Part shown: in pieces, positions 57,075-64,000 of the stretch | How positions within the stretch are numbered: the stretch's first letter is position 1 | Layout of the letters: each line of letters begins with the position of its first letter | NCBI GenBank assembly: GCA_038747245.1 | Contig: JBCDJY010000005.1 | Location: 37,356-101,355 of the forward strand | Direction of reading: 5' to 3' | Source: Pseudomonadota bacterium | Lineage (GTDB): Bacteria > Pseudomonadota > Alphaproteobacteria > Caulobacterales > Hyphomonadaceae | Length of the DNA: 64,000 bases | The notes under the pieces: generated by a model | What the model was told of the DNA's origin: nothing | The model's input: only the letters and a program-made list of their open reading frames with translations | The model's database searches: none | Program-made: the position numbers and the translations under genes

Positions 57075-57827
57075 ATGGATCACACGACGATCGCGCTAGG
57101 GCGGGTTTGGACGCTGGTGGCCGGGGTGCTTGCGGGGCTCTCCGGGCTGCCGGGGCTCGCGCGCGGTATGCTGGACGGGGCTGTCTGGGGCCGGGCCTTT
57201 GCTGAGCTGCGCATGGCCGAAGGGGCCGCGCGCCGGGCGATTTTCGCCATGGCCGACGCCGAGGGCTGCCCGCGCCCGCCCTTACCCAGCGCCATGCCGC
57301 CCGAGCGCGGCGCGGCCCCTGACCGCGTGCAGACGCCAGAGCCTGAGCCCGGCGCGGCCCCCGCCGCAACCAGGGCCCCCGCCGCCCCGTTCCGCCTGTC
57401 CGACCCGATCACCGTGCCGCCCATGGACGGCGCGCCCTTGCCTTCCTCCTGGCCTTCCTCCTGGCCGCCGACATGCCCAGCGCCCGGCGATGGCCCGCGC
57501 TTGCCCGCGCTGCATTCGGCCGAGGGGCTGATGGCGCGCATGGCCGCCCTTGAGGCCGTGCTCACCGATCCGGGGCCAGCCGTGGCCCGCTGCCTCAAGC
57601 TGCGCGCCCGGCCGCGGCCCCACATCTTCGCGCGGTCCTGGGCGCCGCGCCTGCGCCCGGGCAATCCGCCGGGCTATGTGCGAAAGCGCAGGATGGCGTG
57701 GGATATGGATGTGCTGATGGAAATCCACCTTTTGGCGACCCAGGCAGCGCCCCCGCCCGCGGCGCCCGGCCCGCCTGGCGCTTCGGGGGGCACGCGCGCC
57801 CCGCCCAGCGCCGGGCCATTTGCATAA
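57075..57827 (+). CDS. Hypothetical Pro/Ala-rich protein
   Basis: GC3 of this frame is about 85-90 percent by eye, which marks it as the coding frame among several overlapping ORFs. One hydrophobic N-terminal segment (VWTLVAGVLAGLSGLPGL). The start could lie further upstream in the same frame (ORF 56784..57827). Confidence 0.5.
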   Translation: MDHTTIALGRVWTLVAGVLAGLSGLPGLARGMLDGAVWGRAFAELRMAEGAARRAIFAMADAEGCPRPPLPSAMPPERGAAPDRVQTPEPEPGAAPAATRAPAAPFRLSDPITVPPMDGAPLPSSWPSSWPPTCPAPGDGPRLPALHSAEGLMARMAALEAVLTDPGPAVARCLKLRARPRPHIFARSWAPRLRPGNPPGYVRKRRMAWDMDVLMEIHLLATQAAPPPAAPGPPGASGGTRAPPSAGPFA

Positions 57828-57923
57828 ACTTGCCCCGCACGGTCGGCCTCTGCGCTGTGCGGGGACGCCGGCGTTGCGACAGGCTCGGGGAGGTGGGCTG
57901 GGCCAAGCGGCGGCGGGCAGCGC

Positions 57924-59459
57924 CTAGGCCGCCAGGCGTTTTTTCCGCCGCGCCTCAAGCTTGTTCAGGGCGTGCAGATAGGCCTTGGCCGTGGCCACCA
58001 GCGTGTCGACATGGCGCGCGCGGCCCACGGCCATGATGCCCTCGCCCTTCAGGCGGATGGAGACATCGGCCTGGGCGTCGGTGCCGCCGGTGACGGTGTG
58101 GACCTGGAAAAGGTCCAGCCCCGCCTGGTGGGGCACAGCGGCCCGGATTGCGTTGAACAGGGCATCCACCGGCCCGTTGCCTTCTGCCGATGCGGCGACG
58201 GGCGCGCCGTCCACCGTGATCTCCAGGTCGGCCATTTGCGGTCCATCGGTGCCGGCGACGATCCTCAGCCGCTCCAGGGCAAGGCGCTCGCCATCGGCGC
58301 TGATCTGCTCGTCGACCAGGGCGATGAGGTCGTCGTCGAAGACCTCTTTCTTGGCGTCTGCCAGGGCCTTGAAGCGGCGGAAGGCGTCTTTCAGGTCCTC
58401 CCCGTCCATGTCGTAGCCCAGGGTTGCCAGCCGGTCGCGCAGGGCCGCCCGGCCGGAATGCTTGCCCATCACCAGGCTGGTGGCGGCAACGCCGACATCT
58501 TCGGGGCGCATGATTTCATAGGTTTCAGCGTGTTTCAGCATGCCATCCTGGTGGATGCCGCTTTCATGGGCGAAGGCATTCTTGCCGACGATGGCCTTAT
58601 TGTACTGGACTGGAAATCCGGTGATCCGCGAGACCATCTGGCTTGCCCGCGACAGGGCTTTTGGATCGACGCCGGCTTGAAACGGCAGGCTGTCGCGGCG
58701 CACTTGCAGCGCCATCACCACTTCTTCCAGGGCGGCATTGCCGGCCCGCTCGCCGAGGCCATTGATGGTACATTCAATCTGGCCCGCGCCATGGGTGATT
58801 GCTGCCAGGGAGTTGGCCACGGCAAGGCCGAGATCATTGTGGCAATGGGCGGAGAACACCGCTTTGTCGCTGCCGGGCACCGCCTCCATCACCCGGGCGA
58901 TCAGGCGGCCGTATTCTTCCGGGTGGCTATAGCCCACCGTGTCGGGCAGATTGATCGTGGTCGCGCCGGCCTCGATCGCGGCGTCGACGCATTTGCACAG
59001 GAAATCGAACTCGGTGCGCGTGGCGTCTTCGGCGCTCCACTCCACATCGTCGGTGTGGTGGCGCGCGCGCGTCACCGACCGGCCGACCGCCTCCAGCACA
59101 GCGTTTTCGCCCATGCGCAGCTTGTATTTCATGTGCACCGGGCTGGTGGAGATAAAGGTATGGATCCGCGCCTGGGCGGCCGGTTTCACCGCCTCTGCGG
59201 CCCTGTCGATGTCTTCATCATTGGAGCGCGCCAGGCCGCAAATCACCGCGCGTTTCGATTGGCGCGCCACTTCCCGCACAGCCTCGAAATCGCCCGGCGA
59301 TGCGGCGGGGAAGCCGGCCTCTATGATGTCCACGCCCATCTCGTCGAGCAGGGCGGCCATCTCGACTTTCTCGCGCAGCGTCATCGACGCGCCCGGGCTT
59401 TGCTCGCCGTCGCGCAGCGTGGTGTCGAAAATCTTGATCTGTTTGGGGGTCTTGGTCAT
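57924..59459 (-). CDS. leuA: 2-isopropylmalate synthase
   Basis: [26 protein letters not shown] and a C-terminal LeuA dimerisation/regulatory domain. 511 aa. Confidence 0.97.
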   Translation of the reverse strand: MTKTPKQIKIFDTTLRDGEQSPGASMTLREKVEMAALLDEMGVDIIEAGFPAASPGDFEAVREVARQSKRAVICGLARSNDEDIDRAAEAVKPAAQARIHTFISTSPVHMKYKLRMGENAVLEAVGRSVTRARHHTDDVEWSAEDATRTEFDFLCKCVDAAIEAGATTINLPDTVGYSHPEEYGRLIARVMEAVPGSDKAVFSAHCHNDLGLAVANSLAAITHGAGQIECTINGLGERAGNAALEEVVMALQVRRDSLPFQAGVDPKALSRASQMVSRITGFPVQYNKAIVGKNAFAHESGIHQDGMLKHAETYEIMRPEDVGVAATSLVMGKHSGRAALRDRLATLGYDMDGEDLKDAFRRFKALADAKKEVFDDDLIALVDEQISADGERLALERLRIVAGTDGPQMADLEITVDGAPVAASAEGNGPVDALFNAIRAAVPHQAGLDLFQVHTVTGGTDAQADVSIRLKGEGIMAVGRARHVDTLVATAKAYLHALNKLEARRKKRLAA

Positions 59460-59516
59460 GGCCTGGCCGGATCGGACTTCAGTTTTGGGGCTGTGATCCC
59501 CTGGCCGGGCACGCGC

Positions 59517-59582
59517 CTAATTCGGGCGACGTGCAGGGTCCGGCCAGGGGCCGGTAAGGAGAAGAGGCAAATTCTTGCTCAT
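59517..59582 (-). promoter_or_regulatory. Candidate Leu-rich leader peptide ORF upstream of leuA
   Basis: The minus strand reads AUG AGC AAG AAU UUG CCU CUU CUC CUU ACC GGC CCC UGG CCG GAC CCU GCA CGU CGC CCG AAU UAG, which translates to MSKNLPLLLTGPWPDPARRPN. Four of 21 codons are Leu, three of them consecutive. AAGG lies 4 nt upstream. The ORF is 57 nt upstream of the leuA ATG. Confidence 0.4.
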
Positions 59583-59588
59583 AGAGCC

Positions 59589-60341
59589 TTATTCTGCCGG
59601 TTGCTTGGAAGAGTCAACGCCGGGCGGGCCGGGGGCAGACATTTCCTGCTCAATCGAGCGCAGCTGGCCGCGGGCATAAAGGGCGATGGCAACCCATGTC
59701 GCGACCGCCGCGAGGGCGGCCAGGGCTGCAAAAACCGGGTTGCCCTGGAGCGCTTGGAGAACAGACGCGCCGAAAAACGTGATCAGCAAAATCTTCGCGC
59801 TGGCCCCCACGGCCAAGCCGGCCAGGTAGGGCAGAAACTTCGCCCGGGTCGCGCCGAAGATCATGTTGACCAGCAGGAACGGCCCGGTCGGCACGTTGCG
59901 CAAAATTGCGCTGGCCATGAATGCATTGCGCCCGATGAACACCGACAATCGGTTGGCCAGATTGCCGCCATGCTTGCGCAGCGTCGCCTCGCCGACCAGG
60001 CGCCCGGTGTAGAAGGTCACCGCGCCGGAACACAAAGTTGCGATCCAGGCGTAGAGCGCGCCCAGCATTGGTCCGAACGCGAAGACAGATACCCCGATCA
60101 GCCCGGCCTGGGGAAAGCCGACATAGGCCAAGATGATAAAGAGCGTGATGAGGGTGGGCAGGCCCCACCAACTGCCAGCCACCTCGGCCATAGCGCGTTG
60201 CACCGCCTCGGGATCGTATAGCGTGCCTGTTCTGCCAATGACGAAAAGTGACAGCACCAGGCCGAATAGGAGCAGCGACACCAAAACCGCCCGGCCCCGC
60301 GTGGCGTCGAGGCGCCGCAGAAAAGCAGGCAGCTGTCGCAT
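59589..60341 (-). CDS. TVP38/TMEM64 (DedA-related) family membrane protein
   Basis: Polytopic. The GRLVGEATLRKHGG...FMASAILRNVPTGPFLLVNMIFG pattern fits SNARE-associated/TVP38 proteins. ATG 60341 is preferred because the ORF-track 5' extension would overlap the upstream GNAT gene. Confidence 0.75.
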   Translation of the reverse strand: MRQLPAFLRRLDATRGRAVLVSLLLFGLVLSLFVIGRTGTLYDPEAVQRAMAEVAGSWWGLPTLITLFIILAYVGFPQAGLIGVSVFAFGPMLGALYAWIATLCSGAVTFYTGRLVGEATLRKHGGNLANRLSVFIGRNAFMASAILRNVPTGPFLLVNMIFGATRAKFLPYLAGLAVGASAKILLITFFGASVLQALQGNPVFAALAALAAVATWVAIALYARGQLRSIEQEMSAPGPPGVDSSKQPAE

Positions 60342-60415
60342 GGCCCCTTTTGGCGCTGCCGGGTCGCAGGCGTCAACCAACCCGGCGCAGCGCTGGGCGC
60401 CCGACCTTGGCCGTC

Positions 60416-60889
60416 TCAAAGTGTGTAGACGAAGCGCGGCAGCATTCGCCCGGGGATCGCGTGCGATGCCACCTCACCGCATCGCACGGCGCCTCGGGCG
60501 AGGTAAAACCCCGCCGCACCCGGGTCAGAAGCAATCAAAATCTGCCTGGCCCCGCTTTGCCCTGCGAGAATCGTCGAGCGGTCGAACAGGGCCGTGCCAA
60601 TACCCTGGCCCATGGCAGGCGGATCCACAAACAAGGCATCCAGCCAAACATCTCCCGCCTCAGATGCGATTTGCGCAAAGCCCAGAGGCCGGCGCCCCGC
60701 CAGGGCGACCAGATTGTGGCCACGCGCCAGGGTTTGCGGGGTCACGGCCAGCTCCGGCGCGAAGGCCGCCAATTCGCGGCGGGAATACCCATGGGATGCT
60801 TTAGCGCGCAGACACAGGGCGGACAGCGCGCTGCAATCGCCCGGCGATGCTGGCCGGATCAGGCCGGCCCCGCGGGCCGCCTCGGTCAC
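60416..60889 (-). CDS. GNAT-family N-acetyltransferase
   Basis: Acetyl-CoA site VDPPAMGQGIGTALF. GTG 60889 overlaps the SDR stop (GTGA). 157 aa. Confidence 0.8.
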   Translation of the reverse strand: MTEAARGAGLIRPASPGDCSALSALCLRAKASHGYSRRELAAFAPELAVTPQTLARGHNLVALAGRRPLGFAQIASEAGDVWLDALFVDPPAMGQGIGTALFDRSTILAGQSGARQILIASDPGAAGFYLARGAVRCGEVASHAIPGRMLPRFVYTL

Positions 60890-61857
60890 GCGTTCGCCAG
60901 CATGTCCTCGCTCATGGCCCAAAGGCGTTCGGCGCGCCCATCGTCGCAAATCCATTCGCGTGCGTGCTCCCAGCGCTGGCTTTCGGGCGTTGCGGTTTTC
61001 GCGATGTCGCAATCCTCGCAATATACGGCGCCCATGCCGTCAAGCGCCGGGCTGGTGGCGGCCCAGCACGTGGTCGAGGCGCCTTGGGCCGGGGTTTTGA
61101 ACAGGGCTTCGACGGCGGGCGGAATGCTGCCATCGGCGGCTTTCCAACCCAGGGCCACCATCTCCTCTTCGGGCAAGTGGCGTTGCAGCGGAGTGAAAAT
61201 ACCGCCGGGATGCACGGAAAACGCGCGGATCCCATCGCCCTGCCACAGGCGGTCTGCGCCGCGGGCAAACAGGGCATTGGCCGATTTCGATTGGGCGTAG
61301 GCGGTCCATTTCTCATACCCGCTGCTTGTGAAATGGGGATCGTCCCAAAGCACATCGCTGCGAATGTGCGCTGTGGAGGACAGGGCGATCACCCGCGCGC
61401 CTTTCGCCCGTCTCAGCGCCGGCAAAAGACCCGTGGCCAGCGTGAAATGGCCCATATGGTTGACGCCGAATTGGGCTTCCCAGCCCGGCCCGACGCGGGT
61501 TTCCGGGCAGGCCATGATGCCGGCATTGTTGATCAACAGGTGCAATGGGCGCTCGGTCTCCAGGTAGTTTTCGACAAAGCTGCGCACGTCGGCGAGCGCC
61601 GCCAAATCCATCTGTGCAAGCTCAAGCTTCCCGGGCACGCCGTCGAGCGCCGCCTTGGCCGCGTCCAACCGGCGTGCCGGCACGGTTACCGTGGCCCCCG
61701 CCGCCGCCAGAGCCGCGGTCGTCTCCAGGCCAATGCCACTATATCCGCCGGTGACAATCGCGTTCTTGCCCGTCAAATCGATGCCGCTAAGAACCTCCAT
61801 TGCCGTTGACTTGGCATGGTAGCCGCTCCCAATTGGAGCTTGTTGCGTTGTGGCCAT
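60886..61857 (-). CDS. SDR-family oxidoreductase (retinol-dehydrogenase/WWOX-like subgroup)
   Basis: VTGGYSGIGLET and YAQSK. ATG 61857 with GGGAGG 5 nt upstream. Confidence 0.9.
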   Translation of the reverse strand: MATTQQAPIGSGYHAKSTAMEVLSGIDLTGKNAIVTGGYSGIGLETTAALAAAGATVTVPARRLDAAKAALDGVPGKLELAQMDLAALADVRSFVENYLETERPLHLLINNAGIMACPETRVGPGWEAQFGVNHMGHFTLATGLLPALRRAKGARVIALSSTAHIRSDVLWDDPHFTSSGYEKWTAYAQSKSANALFARGADRLWQGDGIRAFSVHPGGIFTPLQRHLPEEEMVALGWKAADGSIPPAVEALFKTPAQGASTTCWAATSPALDGMGAVYCEDCDIAKTATPESQRWEHAREWICDDGRAERLWAMSEDMLANA

Positions 61858-61952
61858 GGTCACCTCCCTTGTTTTACCAAGGCTGCCAGGGCAGCGGCGT
61901 TGCGGCAAGGCCAAGTGGTGCCCGCACCGGGTGCGGGAAAGGAGAAAATCGC

Positions 61953-62570
61953 ATGTTGGGAGCAGTGAGACGGGCCGTATGTGTGGCGGCGCTGATGGCC
62001 GCGATCATGGTCGGGGCCGGGCCGGTGGCCGCGTTTGCTGAAACGCAAGACGAGGCGGCCGCCCCGGCCTATCGCAATGGCGATGCTGCCCTGCGCCTTG
62101 GCCATGTCAGGGCAGCCTATGATCTGTTTGCCAGTGGCTGCGTGACCGGCGCCGCCTATGACTGCTACCGCGAGGGCGATCTATTGCGCCAGGGCATCGG
62201 AACTGACCAGGATTTCGACCGCGCGGCAGATCGCTATGCCCGCGCCTGCGACCTGTCTTCAGCTGACGCCTGTTTGATCTTGGCCAATCTGTATTTCCAA
62301 GGCCGCGGCGTTGCCGAGGATTTTCCCACAGCGCGGATCTATTATGCGCGCGGCTGCGACTTGAACGCGGCGGCGGCCTGCGCGGTGCTCGGCAATATGA
62401 TGTATGCGGGCCTCGGCGGCGCGCGCGATCGCATCGCCGGCGCAGACCATTTGCGGCGGGCCTGCTTGCAGGACGTTGATTATGCCTGCCGCCAAGTGCG
62501 CCGCTACGGCCTGTCCAACCAAGGTGAGCGATCCAACACGCTGCGGCGGGGGTGGTGGTCGGGCAATTAG
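61953..62570 (+). CDS. Secreted Sel1-like repeat (SLR) protein
   Basis: AAAGGAG upstream of ATG 61953 and a signal peptide ending AAFA. There are repeated Cys-bracketed ~36-aa units (ACDLSSADACLILANLYFQGRGVAEDFPTARIYYARGCDLNAAAAC...). Confidence 0.8.
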   Translation: MLGAVRRAVCVAALMAAIMVGAGPVAAFAETQDEAAAPAYRNGDAALRLGHVRAAYDLFASGCVTGAAYDCYREGDLLRQGIGTDQDFDRAADRYARACDLSSADACLILANLYFQGRGVAEDFPTARIYYARGCDLNAAAACAVLGNMMYAGLGGARDRIAGADHLRRACLQDVDYACRQVRRYGLSNQGERSNTLRRGWWSGN

Positions 62571-62689
62571 GGCCCCGGCGCAGTCCGGCGCGCGGGAACT
62601 TTGCCCTGAGCAAGCCGCCGTCTGCGGGCAGGCTCACAGGCATTTGATTGGATAGGCGGGCAGCGCACGATAACTTTTGATAAGTGATT

Positions 62690-63418
62690 ATGCGATCGAT
62701 CAGGTCCAGCGCCCTTAGCTTATTGACGGCCCGCGCGGCGCTTGTTGCCGCCGCGTGCTCCGCGACGATGATGACAGCCCAAGCCGAAGCGCCAGATTAT
62801 CAGGCGCGCTATGGCGCTGTCGTTGACGCGGCCGAGCGCGAAGCCTGGGCCCAAGCCAATAAGCTCGCCATGCTGCTCTATGCGGATTTGGCGCAATCGG
62901 GCGAGCGCCCAGAGCTTGGCATCGCACTCGCGCAATTGCGTTTGGACATTGTCGACAAACTATACGCCGATGATTGCGAGAGCTGGGACAAAGAGGCCAT
63001 GGCGTCGGTCAATGAGCAGCTCTCCTTCTACACGATGATGACCCCGGATCAGTACATTGACTATATGGCCGGCGAGGCGCCGGGCCGGGCTGTGTCGGAT
63101 GTTTTTGGAGGCTCGGAAATACGCCCCTTTGTCCAGATCAGTGTGCCGGACGCGTGTTGGAGCGATTATCGCCAGCTGGTGCGCGCCGAAGCCTTTGTCG
63201 ATGCAACCCAACTCATGACCGATTGCACCGTTGCGGCGCAGGGTGCGGCGGGGCTGTTGACCTATGAGGATATTGTCGCTGGACGGCTTCCGAAGGTTGA
63301 GCCTGTGTCAGATGCCGAACTTGAAGCCTTGGGGATCCCCACCGACCCGGTGGACATGCGCAAAGCGATCCTGGATCTGCGCGCACGAGGCGGGCTTGAT
63401 TTGGCAATAGAGGATTAA
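62690..63418 (+). CDS. Secreted hypothetical protein
   Basis: Signal peptide ending TAQAEA. 242 aa, acidic, with no recognised motif. GC3 over the first ~100 codons is about 70 percent by eye, lower than neighbouring genes. Confidence 0.65.
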   Translation: MRSIRSSALSLLTARAALVAAACSATMMTAQAEAPDYQARYGAVVDAAEREAWAQANKLAMLLYADLAQSGERPELGIALAQLRLDIVDKLYADDCESWDKEAMASVNEQLSFYTMMTPDQYIDYMAGEAPGRAVSDVFGGSEIRPFVQISVPDACWSDYRQLVRAEAFVDATQLMTDCTVAAQGAAGLLTYEDIVAGRLPKVEPVSDAELEALGIPTDPVDMRKAILDLRARGGLDLAIED

Positions 63419-63442
63419 GCGTTCCCACCTCGCCGGTGCGGC

Positions 63443-64000
63443 CTAATCGGCAGGCATGGCATCAAGGCGCTTTGACAGGTCCGCCATATCGCCCGGCAGC
63501 GGGGCCTCGAACGTTACGGTGCGTCCGGTGACCGGGTGCACAAAGCCCAGCCGCGCCGCGTGGAGCGCTTGGCGTTTGAACTGGCGCGCCGCCTGGGTAG
63601 CCGCCTGGAATGCCTCTCCCGACCCGTGGGCCTTGATGCCCCGGCCCCGGCCATAGGTCGGATCGCCAATCAAAGGCGCCCCGTGATGGGCCATGTGAAC
63701 GCGGATCTGGTGGGTGCGCCCAGTTTCCAAGCGGCACTCTATGAGTGCGGCTGCGGGAAGGCCGGTATTTGCCTCCAGGCGTCCGAACTGGGCGCAGGTT
63801 TTATAATGGGTAATGGCATGGCGCGCAGAGCCGGCAGCCGCGCCGAGGGCAACGGCCATCTTCTTACGGTCGTGGGGCGCTCGGGCAATTGGCGCGTCGA
63901 TTGTGCCGCTGAGGGGGCGGGGCGCGCCGCGCGTCAATGCGCTGTAGACCCGGTCGATGTCATGGGCGGCGAAAAGCTGGCTGAGCCCGCGATGGGCGGC
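63443..64000 (-). CDS. RluA/RluD-family pseudouridine synthase, C-terminal part (5' end beyond window)
   Basis: HQIRVHMAHHGAPLIGDPTYG and LHAARLGFVHPVTG motifs. The frame stays open to nt 64000 (AAHRGLSQLFAAHDIDRVYSALTRG...), so the ORF-track start at 63937 is not the real start. Confidence 0.85.
   Translation of the reverse strand, partial: AAHRGLSQLFAAHDIDRVYSALTRGAPRPLSGTIDAPIARAPHDRKKMAVALGAAAGSARHAITHYKTCAQFGRLEANTGLPAAALIECRLETGRTHQIRVHMAHHGAPLIGDPTYGRGRGIKAHGSGEAFQAATQAARQFKRQALHAARLGFVHPVTGRTVTFEAPLPGDMADLSKRLDAMPAD

Noticed and set aside
57833-57864. Hairpin CCCCGCAC-N16-GTGCGGGG between the convergent hypothetical gene and leuA, considered as a bidirectional terminator
   Set aside because: It has a large 16-nt loop and no T-run on either strand. 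That is insufficient to call an intrinsic terminator.
59460-59516. Classical attenuator terminator between the leader ORF and leuA
   Set aside because: The only local hairpin, GGGG-AUCACAG-CCCC, is 4 bp long and is followed by AAAA, not U. The attenuation claim is therefore downgraded to a candidate leader peptide with alternative pairings.
57972-60221. 749-aa plus-strand ORF antisense to leuA and the TVP38 gene
   Set aside because: This is a shadow frame. The minus strand encodes an unmistakable LeuA ([23 protein letters not shown]). The + product is low-complexity and Gly/Arg/Ala-rich.

Overview
This is a 64-kb, high-GC chromosomal segment, roughly mid-60s percent GC by eye, with third codon positions mostly G/C. 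The gene content looks alphaproteobacterial, possibly Caulobacterales/Hyphomonadaceae-like. That is only an inference from the Cpa-type Tad pilus genes, a membrane-anchored cytochrome c and the mreBCD-mrdA-rodA order. I call about 60 tightly packed protein-coding genes. Many are joined by 4-8 nt start/stop overlaps. I saw no rRNA, tRNA, CRISPR array, integrase, transposase or phage gene, so this reads as core chromosome rather than an accessory island.

Main blocks, in order:
- Tad/Flp pilus locus: cpaC (3' fragment), cpaD, cpaE, cpaF, tadB, tadC, plus a convergent TPR gene.
- M17 aminopeptidase, MarR, cytochrome c, pheA.
- An M48 peptidase, Pro/Glu-rich membrane protein and OmpA-domain protein on one strand.
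- Two RNA methyltransferases and a TonB-dependent receptor.
- A peptide-type ABC importer that lacks ATPase genes.
- A DUF442-like, ATP-grasp-like and MBL trio.
- Two adjacent acyl-CoA dehydrogenases, then pepN and an orphan PAS histidine kinase.
- An Mla/Mce-type lipid ABC system.
- An SDR, small protein, APH-fold kinase and unknown-protein cluster with a divergent PaaI thioesterase.
- pip, an SNF-family symporter, and rodA-mrdA-mreDCB.
- S8 and S41 peptidases, leuA, and the 3' end of an RluD-type pseudouridine synthase.

Nothing here is demonstrably a new system from sequence alone. The most checkable leads are:
1. A composite 44/56-nt tandem-repeat family that is fused to rho-independent terminators at two convergent intergenic sites.
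2. A translationally coupled pair: an inner-membrane OmpA-domain protein and a membrane-anchored Pro/Glu-rich helix-hairpin-helix protein.
3. An lvaAB/lvaD-like kinase module with an extra unknown first gene and no local ACAD.
4. A Leu-rich 21-codon leader ORF with alternative pairing segments upstream of leuA.
5. A 49-codon membrane ORF that falls below the ORF-track length cutoff.

All family assignments come from motifs read by eye and from memory. No database search was run.
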